Source of the DNA: an uncultured Veillonellaceae bacterium
GTDB taxonomy: Bacteria; Bacillota; Negativicutes; UBA1444
Length of the DNA: 49,808 nt
Direction of reading: 5' to 3'
NCBI GenBank assembly: GCA_964647865.1
Contig: CAZYJK010000001.1
Coordinates: forward strand, 1-49,808
Part shown: piece by piece, positions 17,664 to 26,307 of the stretch
Position numbering within the stretch: the first letter of the stretch is position 1
Layout of the letters: the number at the start of each line of letters is the position of its first letter
Notes under the pieces: generated by a model
The model's database searches: none
The model's input: only the letters and a program-made list of their open reading frames with translations
Told to the model about the DNA's origin: nothing
Position numbers and translations under genes: made by a program

Positions 17664-17966
17664 ATGGCAAAACTTGAAATCACGATTACTCCGGCAGCGC
17701 GACAATATATCGCCGAGCATTCCGATTCGGTCCAATTGCTTGAAACCCGCAACTCAATGATCGGTTGATGCAAAGTCAACGTAGGCCCGTCCGTGCGACT
17801 GGGCAAACCACCGGTAACTGACCTGGACAGGTACAACCATATCGTCGTTGATACAATTAATGTCTATCTGCCAAAATCTTTGTACATACCGGGAAATTTC
17901 AGCATTTCACTGTGGCGGTTCCTCTGGATGAAAAGCCTGACAATCGACGGTTGGAAACTGGTCTAA
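17664..17966 (+). CDS. candidate small selenoprotein (in-frame TGA at 17766-17768 read as Sec); CC/UC-motif family-like, 100 aa
   Basis: AAGGAGG (17648-17654) sits 9 nt before ATG 17664. There are 34 sense codons, then TGA-TGC, then 65 further stop-free in-frame codons to TAA 17964-17966. Conceptual product: MAKLEITITPAARQYIAEHSDSVQLLETRNSMIG-U-CKVNVGPSVRLGKPPVTDLDRYNHIVVDTINVYLPKSLYIPGNFSISLWRFLWMKSLTIDGWKLV. Confidence 0.6.
17785..17804 (+). promoter_or_regulatory. SECIS-like hairpin downstream of the in-frame UGA
   Basis: GCCC-GUC / GAC-(U bulge)-GGGC with apical loop CGUGC, starting 16 nt after the UGA. The bulged U and the GU-containing loop recall the E. coli fdhF SECIS architecture. 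Confidence 0.4.
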
Positions 17967-17971
17967 CCGGC

Positions 17972-18757
17972 TCACAGCTCATCGAGTAAAAGCGAGAAAA
18001 AAGATAATTTTCCGGTTGCAGCCTGCTCATCCTTCACCTGGAGGATGAGCTTTTCATTGCCGGCGAGCACTTTTACCCCGCCGCAATTCTGGTGCAATTC
18101 AACCATAAATGCATCTAGCGCAGCCAAGACCGCCCGGTCCAGTTTCGGCACTTCTGCCAGATTAAAGCGGATACCCGGCCGCTCTGAAGCGCAGAACGCT
18201 TTGACTTCTATGGCTAATGCAGCCAGACTGGCAAGCGACAGGTTCGGATGAATCACGACATGCAAAGATCCGTCAGCGACTTTTTCCATATCAAATGGGG
18301 AGTGAACTTCTTCGACCAGCTTGCTCTCCTCGGTTTCACCAAAATGCGCCCGGCGGTGGCGGCGAACCTTTTCACGAAATTCACCGGTGGAAACCGTCTG
18401 CTTCAGAACCGAGGAAACCGTCTCCAACACCTGCTGTTCCGTAAACGGTTTCAGCAAAAAATTCCGCGCGCCACGTTGCAACGCTTCCAGAACGACCGCT
18501 TTTTCTTCCACCGCACTGATCACGACAAACCGCGCATCCGGATACGGCGCGAGTATTTTTGACATGGCCGTCAAACCATTCATGGTCGGCATGCCCAGGT
18601 CCATTGTTACGAGATCAGGCTTGCAACGGACATATTCCAGGTATCCTTTGACACCGGTGTTTGCTTCGCCGACAATTTCATGCCCCGCCGTTTCCAGGAT
18701 ATCGTGCAACATTCGCCGGATCGTCGGCGAATCGTCGACTATCAGAATTCGCGCCAC
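17972..18757 (-). CDS. response regulator: CheY-like receiver fused to a STAS-like (anti-sigma-antagonist-like) C-terminal domain
   Basis: A start at GTG 18757 gives VARILIVDDSPTIRRMLHDILE...DLVTMDLGMPTMNG...LLKPF, a receiver with acidic pocket, phospho-Asp and Lys. The C-terminal ~110 aa reads ...LHVVIHPNLSLASLAALAIEVKAF...IRFNLAEVPKLDRAVLAAL...GGVKVLAGNEKL, a STAS-like pattern without the DSSG serine. Confidence 0.7.
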   Translation of the reverse strand: MARILIVDDSPTIRRMLHDILETAGHEIVGEANTGVKGYLEYVRCKPDLVTMDLGMPTMNGLTAMSKILAPYPDARFVVISAVEEKAVVLEALQRGARNFLLKPFTEQQVLETVSSVLKQTVSTGEFREKVRRHRRAHFGETEESKLVEEVHSPFDMEKVADGSLHVVIHPNLSLASLAALAIEVKAFCASERPGIRFNLAEVPKLDRAVLAALDAFMVELHQNCGGVKVLAGNEKLILQVKDEQAATGKLSFFSLLLDEL

Positions 18758-18800
18758 CCTGTTGTCCCCTTCATCATTGGTTTGTCCGAGTCTGCCGCGG

Positions 18801-19148
18801 CTACAATAACACCAAAGTAATTCCCGGATTGCCCTGCCCCAGATCCCGGTCGCGCGACAAATCCGGACAACTCTCGAGAAACTGGCGTGAATCGGCATGA
18901 AAGATATCCCAGTCCTCGCCGGCCACAAACAAACGGATCGTGTTCTGGCGTTTTTTTCCTGCTAAAAACTGACGGATACCAATCCGCAGCTTGCCGCCGA
19001 CTCCGCTTGACCCATACCCGTGAATCAGCTTGACCGCTTTCGTCCCGGACGCACGGGCCCGTCCCAGTTCGGCGATAAGCCGCTGCTTTGCCTGTTCTAC
19101 GGTCGGCATTCCCTGTTCCAGATTTATCGTCAATATACTTGCCGCCAT
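18801..19148 (-). CDS. Smr domain protein
   Basis: 115 aa. ...VKLIHGYGSSGVGGKLRIGIRQFL... resembles the Smr/MutS2 C-terminal HGxG core. The ATG overlaps the recO TGA by 1 nt (TGATG). Confidence 0.65.
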   Translation of the reverse strand: MAASILTINLEQGMPTVEQAKQRLIAELGRARASGTKAVKLIHGYGSSGVGGKLRIGIRQFLAGKKRQNTIRLFVAGEDWDIFHADSRQFLESCPDLSRDRDLGQGNPGITLVLL

Positions 19149-19909
19149 CAGCGCTCCTCCAGACGTTCCGTGCCCTTCATCATCTGAATGAACCGAACCG
19201 ATTTCAGCGGTCGTTCAATCCGATGGGCAATAAACTCGATCAACATTTTTTCCGCCTGCAGCAATGTTGCGCCCGTCACCTTGAATTGCGGCGGTTGCTT
19301 CCAGTTGACATTCAGCAACTTGTCGACAAAGCCGCAAACCGCATCATCGAGTGGCTGCAGCTCCGAATGTTCGCACGCCGGACAAACGCCGCCCCCGGCA
19401 CAGGCATCAAAAAACGCCGGCAATGCCAGCACCTGTCCACAAGTCACGCAGCGTTCATACTCCGGATGAAAGCCGGCCAGCGCCAACAGCTGCCAGGCGC
19501 CTGCCAGCGAGACCAGACGGGGATTTCGTTCCAGCAGCAAGGAAAAACTACCCAGCAAAACATCATAGGCCGATGGCTCAGGTGATCTATCAGGCCACAG
19601 TTCACTGACCAATTCGGTCAAAAAAGCAGCATAGGTCATCAGTGTGATATCTTCGCGCAGTTCGCGAAAACTCCGTTTTACCTCGCACTGCCCAATGGTT
19701 TCCAGATTGCGGCCAGGCATCAAAGAAACCTCGACCAGCGAAAAACTTTGCACCGAACCGGCCAGCCGACTACGCGGCCGACGCGCTCCATAAGCGGCAG
19801 CAGATAACTTGCCGTGCTCGCGCGAAAAAACCACCGCCAGGCGATCAGCTTCTCCCATGTCCCGCACCGAAAGAATCAATGCTTCTGTCACATATTGCTG
19901 TTGCGTCAC
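19148..19909 (-). CDS. recO: DNA repair protein RecO
   Basis: The N-terminal OB-fold region ...EALILSVRDMGEADRLAVVFSREHGKLSAAAYGARRPRSRL and the C-terminal zinc motif CVTCG...CPAC are present. The position after era matches Bacillus synteny. Confidence 0.9.
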   Translation of the reverse strand: MTQQQYVTEALILSVRDMGEADRLAVVFSREHGKLSAAAYGARRPRSRLAGSVQSFSLVEVSLMPGRNLETIGQCEVKRSFRELREDITLMTYAAFLTELVSELWPDRSPEPSAYDVLLGSFSLLLERNPRLVSLAGAWQLLALAGFHPEYERCVTCGQVLALPAFFDACAGGGVCPACEHSELQPLDDAVCGFVDKLLNVNWKQPPQFKVTGATLLQAEKMLIEFIAHRIERPLKSVRFIQMMKGTERLEER

Positions 19910-21243
19910 GACAATGCGCTCCCCCGATCGGAGTTTTGGGGCTCCAGCATGGCTGAAGAAGCATTAGAAGCCAGCACCCGAATGATACGAAATCCTTCCG
20001 TTTTCAACACCTTAAATTTATATTCACCGATAACAACGGCATCCCCCTTGTTCGGCTGACGGCCGAGCAAGCCAAAGATATAGCCGCCAACGGTATCCTC
20101 TTCATGATCATCCAGTTTGATATTCAGCAATTTCAAAACATCATCAAGCAATACGCCGCCGTCCAGTTGGTATGAACCGTCGGGCATCCGTTGGATTTCC
20201 GGTTCTTCTGGTTTATCATGCTCATCCTGAATCGTACCGACGATCTCTTCGATGACGTCTTCCAGCGCAACCAATCCGGCGGTTCCGCCATACTCGTCCA
20301 CTACCACCGCCAGGTGAATCCGCCGGTGACGCATCAGTTGCAACAGTTTTGCGACCGACATCCCTTCCGGCACCATCAGTACTTCCCGCATCACAGCAGT
20401 AAGGTCAGGAGTTTCCACCCGCTTTTCCATATAATTCATCAAGTCGCGGATATGGACCATTCCCATGACGTGGTCTTTGTCTTCCCGACAAAGCGGATAA
20501 CGGGTATGCGCCGATTCGCGCACCGTTTTTAGATTATCCTCGAAGGGTTCGTCAATAAAAAGGCAGACCATGTCACGGCGCGGAATCATCACTTCCCGCG
20601 CCAACCGATCTGCAAAATCAAAAACGTTGTCAATCAATTCGCTTTCCATCTGGTCCAGAACGCCGCCCCGCCGGCTGGCGCTGACGATCATCCGCAGCTC
20701 TTCCTCCGAGTGGGCAATGTCACTCACGCTGGCTGGCTGAATGCCAAACAGATTGAGCAGGCTCTTTGCCGAGCGCTCAAACAACACAATAATCGGCCAG
20801 CCTAACATGTGAAACAGATACAAGGGCCAGACGATAAACAGCAATATGCTTTCCGTTTTGTGCATCGCCAATGACTTGGGAATCAATTCGCCAAGCACAA
20901 CGGTAACGTATGTGACGATGGCAAAACTGATGAGCAATGACAAGGAATGCAACAACAGATTCGAGCCGGGAAAATAGTGGTAGACCAGCGGCTGAATCAA
21001 AGCTGTCACTGCCGGTTCACCCAGCCAGCCCAGCCCGAGCGATGCAAGTGTGACGCCAAGCTGGACCGCGCCCAGGTAAGAATCGAGCCGGCCAATCATT
21101 TTCAGCGCCAAAACTGCCCGGCCGTCACCACGTTGCGCCAATTCTTCCAGCCGCGTCTGGCGAATCCTCACCAACGCAAATTCGGATGCGACAAAAAAAC
21201 CATTCAGCCCCAACAGAAAAACAATTCCTGCCAGGGCGTTCAT
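19906..21243 (-). CDS. hemolysin-family / CNNM transporter protein (DUF21 - CBS pair - CorC_HlyC)
   Basis: The N-terminal TM region with ...ASEFALVRIRQTRLEEL... is DUF21-like. CBS-like repeats and the C-terminal ...PDGSYQLDGGVLLDDV...DTVGGYIFGLLGR.P.KGD... transporter-associated domain follow. Confidence 0.88.
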   Translation of the reverse strand: MNALAGIVFLLGLNGFFVASEFALVRIRQTRLEELAQRGDGRAVLALKMIGRLDSYLGAVQLGVTLASLGLGWLGEPAVTALIQPLVYHYFPGSNLLLHSLSLLISFAIVTYVTVVLGELIPKSLAMHKTESILLFIVWPLYLFHMLGWPIIVLFERSAKSLLNLFGIQPASVSDIAHSEEELRMIVSASRRGGVLDQMESELIDNVFDFADRLAREVMIPRRDMVCLFIDEPFEDNLKTVRESAHTRYPLCREDKDHVMGMVHIRDLMNYMEKRVETPDLTAVMREVLMVPEGMSVAKLLQLMRHRRIHLAVVVDEYGGTAGLVALEDVIEEIVGTIQDEHDKPEEPEIQRMPDGSYQLDGGVLLDDVLKLLNIKLDDHEEDTVGGYIFGLLGRQPNKGDAVVIGEYKFKVLKTEGFRIIRVLASNASSAMLEPQNSDRGSALS

Positions 21244-21260
21244 ACTATGCGCAGGACCGT

Positions 21261-21881
21261 CTATGTCCGCTCACCCCTCATAACAAAATCATCGACAACA
21301 CATTTTTTCGGCATGATGCTACCTGCCGTCAAAACATACTGTAACGCGCTTTCACTGGTCACGTCAAGAGGCCGGATTTCGCCGCGGGGAACGAATATGT
21401 TGAAACCGGCGGTCAGATTCAGACTCATCGGCACAAAAACACAGACGTGATCTTCCGGCAGGTTTTCTGCCAAGCCTTCACTCAGTTCTGAAGTGACAAA
21501 CCCCAGCGAATAGGCGCCTGGATATGGAAACGGAACCAGAACCGGATGCTTGAGCAGGCTTTTTGATTCCAGCATCGCTGACGAAAGCTGTTTCACACTG
21601 TTATAAACGAACTTGACCCCGGGAATGCGGTTCAGCATCTTTTCGCCCCAGGATAACAGCCACTGCAACGCCCAATGGGTGGACAACAACCCGATCAGCA
21701 CGATGGCGGTCAGCATCACCAACATCGAAACGCCGGGAAATTTCATATACGGAGGCAAAAACCGACCGACCAGCCATTCGGTAAAACTGAATAGCTGCAT
21801 CACGACGAACAGCGTGATGGCGATCGGCACCAGTACGATAACCCCGTTCAAAAAATACTTGGAAACCTTACCCATGGTCAT
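21261..21881 (-). CDS. DUF502 domain membrane protein
   Basis: MTMGKVSKYFLNGVIVLVPIAITLFVV...IPGVKFVYNSVKQL...VPMSLNLTAGFNIFV matches the DUF502 pattern as I recall it. Confidence 0.7.
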   Translation of the reverse strand: MTMGKVSKYFLNGVIVLVPIAITLFVVMQLFSFTEWLVGRFLPPYMKFPGVSMLVMLTAIVLIGLLSTHWALQWLLSWGEKMLNRIPGVKFVYNSVKQLSSAMLESKSLLKHPVLVPFPYPGAYSLGFVTSELSEGLAENLPEDHVCVFVPMSLNLTAGFNIFVPRGEIRPLDVTSESALQYVLTAGSIMPKKCVVDDFVMRGERT

Positions 21882-21904
21882 CTCCTTCGCTCGCCGGGGC
21901 CCAA

Positions 21905-22819
21905 CTATCGATTATCGTTCTTGTCATAACCAAACATTCGCAGGCTGCCTTCCTTGTTGCGCCAGTCATTTTTGACCTTGACCCACAAATCGACAAAGAA
22001 TCGGCTACCAAAGATATTTTCCATATCCAGTCTGGCTTGCTGTCCGATTTCTTTCAGCATCGCGCCTTTGGCGCCAATGATGATTCCTTTTTGCGATTCC
22101 CGTTCCACATAGATTGTCGCCCGCAGAAATACGTCGCCATTGGGCCTGGTCTTCATTTCCTCCACTTCGACCGCTGTCGAGTGGGGAATTTCTTCGCGCG
22201 TCAGGCGAAAAATCTTTTCCCGGATGAATTCGGCGGCGACCACCCGTTCCGGTTGGTCGGTCACTTCATCTTCGGGATAGTATTGCGGCCCTTCCGGCAA
22301 CAGGTCTTTGATCACCGACAACAGCCGGTCCACATTGGAGCCGGCCAGCGCCGAAACAGGAACGATGGCGGCGAAATCACGGAAAGCCGAATACTGGCTG
22401 ATAATCGGCAGCAACTTGTCTTTTGCCACCAGATCCACTTTGTTCAACACCAGGACAACCGGTGTTTTTTCATCTTTAAGCATATCAATAATGAATCGTT
22501 CTCCCGGGCCCACCGATTCGGTCACATCAGAAACAAACAGGATCAGGTCGACTTCCCGCAGGGCGCTGCGAGCACTGTTGACCATGTACTCGCCCAGCTT
22601 GTGCTGTGGTTTGTGAATCCCCGGCGTATCCAAGAATAAAATCTGCGCATCCGGCAGGGTGAGGATGCCCAAAATGCGATTGCGCGTAGTTTGCGGCGTA
22701 TCAGATACGATCGCGATCTTTTGTCCGATGATTTGATTCAGCAAAGTCGATTTGCCGACGTTGGGCCGGCCGACTACGGCGACAAAGCCCGATTTATAGT
22801 GTTTTACCGTCTCATTCAA
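21905..22819 (-). CDS. era: GTPase Era
   Basis: SGFVAVVGRPNVGKSTLLN is G1, DTPG is G3, NKVD is G4, and the C-terminal KH domain reads ...ATIYVERESQKGIIIGAKGAMLKEIG... Confidence 0.95.
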   Translation of the reverse strand: MNETVKHYKSGFVAVVGRPNVGKSTLLNQIIGQKIAIVSDTPQTTRNRILGILTLPDAQILFLDTPGIHKPQHKLGEYMVNSARSALREVDLILFVSDVTESVGPGERFIIDMLKDEKTPVVLVLNKVDLVAKDKLLPIISQYSAFRDFAAIVPVSALAGSNVDRLLSVIKDLLPEGPQYYPEDEVTDQPERVVAAEFIREKIFRLTREEIPHSTAVEVEEMKTRPNGDVFLRATIYVERESQKGIIIGAKGAMLKEIGQQARLDMENIFGSRFFVDLWVKVKNDWRNKEGSLRMFGYDKNDNR

Positions 22820-23234
22820 TTGCGTCAGCCCCTTTCATCTGTTGCGGGCCAAACGCATAGGGCAGCAGGTCTGACAACTCTACCGTTTTGCATTGGCCTG
22901 CTGTATTATACATGAATATCTGCCTGACGCCAAATTCGGCCATAACTTGGCGGCATGCGCCGCAAGGCGCCACCGGTTCCGAACTGTCCGCCACAACCGC
23001 CAGTCGCTGAAGCCGGGTTTCTCCGGCGGCAACCGCGTTAAATATCGCGATCCGTTCCGCGCAGACCGTCAATCCATAAGATGCGTTCTCCACATTGCAG
23101 CCGCTGAAAATTTTGCCGCTCACCGCTTCAACCGCCGCCCCCACCGCAAAATGGGAATAGGGAACATACGCTCGTTGCCGGATTTCCAGCGCTTGTCGGT
23201 GCAACGAATCTTGTAGCGCCTGTTCCCCCGTCAT
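22812..23234 (-). CDS. cdd: cytidine deaminase
   Basis: ...VCAERIAIFNAVAAGE... and ...PCGACRQVMAEF... are the zinc-binding CAE and PCGxCRQ motifs. Length 140 aa. Confidence 0.93.
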   Translation of the reverse strand: MTGEQALQDSLHRQALEIRQRAYVPYSHFAVGAAVEAVSGKIFSGCNVENASYGLTVCAERIAIFNAVAAGETRLQRLAVVADSSEPVAPCGACRQVMAEFGVRQIFMYNTAGQCKTVELSDLLPYAFGPQQMKGADAIE

Positions 23235-23710
23235 CGCCCAATCCCCAATATCGACAGGATTCTCTTTTCCTCAGCCTGCATCTCGGCTTCGGCCGCCGGT
23301 CCCTGTTCATGGTCATAGCCCAGCAGATGCAGCAAGCCGTGCACAGTCAAAAATGCCAGTTCCCGTTCCACCGCATGACCATATTCCGCCGCCTGTTCGA
23401 CCGCCCTTTCGACCGATATCACCAAATCACCCAGCATTCGTTCCGTAGGACCGCCGATAATCTGCGGCGCCGTTTCATCAGGCAACTCTTCTTCCATCGG
23501 AAACGACAGGACGTCAGTCGCTGCGTCCTTATCTCGATAATCACGGTTCAGCGTGCGGATTGTCTCATTATCGACCAGCAATACACTAATTTCCACATCC
23601 GGTCCCAATTCAAGCAAATCAGCCGTTCGTCGCAGAACGCTCTGCACCGTTTCCTTTGTTTTCAACGGCAGCGAGAGATTTTCCGGTTGAACATTTATTT
23701 CCATTTCCAT
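23231..23710 (-). CDS. ybeY: rRNA maturation endoribonuclease YbeY
   Basis: A start at ATG 23710 gives MEMEINVQ...VLLVDNETIRTLNRDYRDKDAATDVLSFPMEE...HGLLHLLGYDH, the H3xH5xH zinc motif. It overlaps the pgpH 3' end by 92 nt. Confidence 0.9.
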   Translation of the reverse strand: MEMEINVQPENLSLPLKTKETVQSVLRRTADLLELGPDVEISVLLVDNETIRTLNRDYRDKDAATDVLSFPMEEELPDETAPQIIGGPTERMLGDLVISVERAVEQAAEYGHAVERELAFLTVHGLLHLLGYDHEQGPAAEAEMQAEEKRILSILGIGR

Positions 23711-25811
23711 TGCGTGGTCGTCTCCTTTCCAGTTCACGGATTGCTTCGGCTGGATACTCGATCCGCGAATGGCAGGTACTGCACAAAACACGGATGAACA
23801 CATCGCCGATCATGTTGAGGTCGCGCAACGTAAGGTCGCATTCATTGAGTTGCCCGTCGCGAAGCCTTTCATTGATCACCCGCCGCACCGTATTCTCGAT
23901 CCGGCTCATGTTGGGTTTGGCAATCGAACGGACCGCCGCCTCGCAACCGTCTGCCAGCATGATCAATGCTGCTTCCTTGGTCTGGGGCTTGGGACCTTCA
24001 TAACGAAAATCTTCTTCGATGATGCACTCGCCATGCTCGCCTTCGGCCGCTTGCTTGTAGAAATACGAAACAAGCGAAGTCCCGTGATGCTGGCCGACTA
24101 TATCTGCAACCACTTCCGGCAGCTTATACTCACGACAGAACTCCAGCCCGTCACGAATATGCGAAGTGACGATCATCGTCGATAGACTCGGCGAAAGCTT
24201 GGCATGCGGATTTTCCATATTTGCCTGATTCTCGACAAAGAAATAGGGACGCTGGATTTTACCAACGTCATGATAATACGCTCCGACACGCGAAAGAATC
24301 GGATCGGCGCCAATCTTGTCCGCCGCGGTCTCGGCAAGATTTCCCACCAGAATGCTGTGATAATAGGTCCCCGGCGCTTCCAGCAGCAATCGCTGCAACA
24401 GAGGATGATTCGGCCTGGCCAGGGTCAATAACTTTTCCGACGTCGTGATTCGGAACGCCTGTTCCAGATATGGTAACAAACCGATCGACAAAATCGCTGC
24501 CGCTACGCCGCCGATCGCCCCCATCGCCGCCTCGGTGAAGATTTGCCGAAGCTCGATCCCATCAATCAAACCGGTGCATAGAATCGTGATCACATTGGCG
24601 AGAGCAATCCACAGTCCCGCCCGCACCAGGCTGTAACCCTGGGTAATCTGCGCCACACTGTAGACACCGACGGCTCCGCCGATCATTACAAACGAAATGG
24701 TTCGCAGGTTCGATTCGGCAATCAGGCCGAACAGCAATGCGGCAATCACGCACAACGCCAAGGCAGCCCGCGGGCCGACAAGGATCGCCGTCAACAACGG
24801 ACCGACCGCCATCGGTGTAACAAAATCAGAATAAAAATGTCCGATCCGGCCGATAACCAAGGTAAGCAAGACAACCAGGCCAACCAGCAACAGCCGGCGG
24901 TCATCAATGAAAATGTCGGGGACGAACTTATAAAAGTAAGCCAGCAACATTCCCATCATCAATAGCACATACAGAGCCAGTCCCCATATCCGTTCCAGGC
25001 CGACTTGGCCGCGATGCAGCCCCAGTTCCCCCATCATTTGCAATTGTTCTTCCGTCACCACATCGCCTTTGCGCACGACTATCTGTCCGATTTTCACGGT
25101 GATCCGGACCGGTTCGATGCTTTTCAGCGCTGCTCGTTTGCGTTGCTCGGTTTCTTTTGTATTGAGGACAAAATTCGGGTTCAGATGCGGTTGTGTAATG
25201 CCGAGAACTACCGCCGCGCCTTTTTCACCCCAGCCCATTCGTTCGACATCGGCGGCAGCCAGCTTGCGGACTGCGTCGACCTCTTCATCGCGTATACCAC
25301 GATACAGATATTTTCGCAGGATCGTTCGCGAATTTTCTTCCAACGCTTCCAGTTCGGCCGCAGAAAAAGTCAACAAGGAAGCCTGAATTGGCTCAGGCAA
25401 CGATCCGGTCAGCAGACTGCGCAATTTCCCGAGTTTTTCTTCCGGCCTGGCGAGTTGTTTGTCAGTCAGGACCGAACGCACAGAACGAAAAATCCGGCTG
25501 ACATCATCTTCAGCCGTTGCCGCTGCACTCGTATCCAGATCGTAAACATTCGCCACGCTGGCGACAACTTCAGTTTCGAGCTTTCGGGTCCGTGGCTCAT
25601 CGACGAAAGAAACCGTCCGGGGTGCAACAACATCACGGTCGCTGACCTGCCCCAGACTCAAGGATACTTTATCCGGCAAAAAATCGATCGACAACAAAAC
25701 CGTGTTCAAAATGAAAAAAAGCAAGAACAATACAATTTTTCGAATCGGCGAGTGTTGCCTTGCAATCGCCGATTCGGTAAAAAATGAATCGATCAGGTTC
25801 CACAATCTCAT
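23619..25811 (-). CDS. pgpH: 7TM-receptor HD-domain phosphohydrolase (PgpH/YqfF-type, c-di-AMP phosphodiesterase family)
   Basis: 730 aa: an extracellular N-domain, seven TM helices, and an HD domain with ...YYHSILVGNLAE...GAYYHDVGK...IVGQHHGT... It ends in a 43-aa R/N/G/K-rich tail after ...RIEYP. Confidence 0.88.
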   Translation of the reverse strand: MRLWNLIDSFFTESAIARQHSPIRKIVLFLLFFILNTVLLSIDFLPDKVSLSLGQVSDRDVVAPRTVSFVDEPRTRKLETEVVASVANVYDLDTSAAATAEDDVSRIFRSVRSVLTDKQLARPEEKLGKLRSLLTGSLPEPIQASLLTFSAAELEALEENSRTILRKYLYRGIRDEEVDAVRKLAAADVERMGWGEKGAAVVLGITQPHLNPNFVLNTKETEQRKRAALKSIEPVRITVKIGQIVVRKGDVVTEEQLQMMGELGLHRGQVGLERIWGLALYVLLMMGMLLAYFYKFVPDIFIDDRRLLLVGLVVLLTLVIGRIGHFYSDFVTPMAVGPLLTAILVGPRAALALCVIAALLFGLIAESNLRTISFVMIGGAVGVYSVAQITQGYSLVRAGLWIALANVITILCTGLIDGIELRQIFTEAAMGAIGGVAAAILSIGLLPYLEQAFRITTSEKLLTLARPNHPLLQRLLLEAPGTYYHSILVGNLAETAADKIGADPILSRVGAYYHDVGKIQRPYFFVENQANMENPHAKLSPSLSTMIVTSHIRDGLEFCREYKLPEVVADIVGQHHGTSLVSYFYKQAAEGEHGECIIEEDFRYEGPKPQTKEAALIMLADGCEAAVRSIAKPNMSRIENTVRRVINERLRDGQLNECDLTLRDLNMIGDVFIRVLCSTCHSRIEYPAEAIRELERRRPRNGNGNKCSTGKSLAAVENKGNGAERSATNG

Positions 25812-25865
25812 TCTGTCTTTTCCTGCCTTACCCCGCTAACGGGAACAGTCGTCCAATCAACGAGT

Positions 25866-26306
25866 CTAATCGCCGATATATTTTGCATGCATTTTCTTGA
25901 TGCAAGTATCCATCACAAACAACAAACCGGCGTCAACTGCGATTTGCTCGGCGGATGGACTCACAACGTCTTCTTGCAACCAAAGCACCTTGGCGCCGAT
26001 TGCCACGGCATCACGGGCAATCTCTTCGCAATCCTCGGAGCGGCGAAATACATCAACTATATCGACAGGCCGTTGAATCTCCCTAAGCGTTGCAAAGACG
26101 GTTCGCCCCAAGATTTCGCCGCCGCCCGGGCGTACGGGTATGACATCATACCCGTGTTCGATCAAATATTTTCCCACCCGGTAGCTGGGCCTGTCTTCTT
26201 GCGGCGACATGCCGACAATCGCAATTGTTTTCAGCGCCAGAACCGAACGGACTTTTTTTTCAAAAGCCTCGCAATCGGCGCCTTCCCCTCTTCTGCACTC
26301 AGTCAT
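25866..26306 (-). CDS. CoA-binding domain protein (YccU/YneT-like)
   Basis: ...LALKTIAIVGMSPQEDRPSYRVGKYLIEHGYDVIPVRP...VDIVDVFRRSE...GAKVLWLQ is the CoA_binding_2 pattern. ATG 26306 has GGGGGAGGA upstream. Confidence 0.8.
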   Translation of the reverse strand: MTECRRGEGADCEAFEKKVRSVLALKTIAIVGMSPQEDRPSYRVGKYLIEHGYDVIPVRPGGGEILGRTVFATLREIQRPVDIVDVFRRSEDCEEIARDAVAIGAKVLWLQEDVVSPSAEQIAVDAGLLFVMDTCIKKMHAKYIGD

Positions 26307-26307
26307 C

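Noticed and set aside
17630-17836. 68-aa minus-strand ORF, the only track ORF in the 17.6-17.97 kb gap
   Set aside because: It has no SD and lies antisense to a plus-strand frame that has a strong SD and promoter and is open end to end apart from one TGA. The selenoprotein reading explains the region better.
25005-25787. 260-aa plus-strand ORF
   Set aside because: It is antisense to the N-terminal half of pgpH, has no SD, and is low-complexity.
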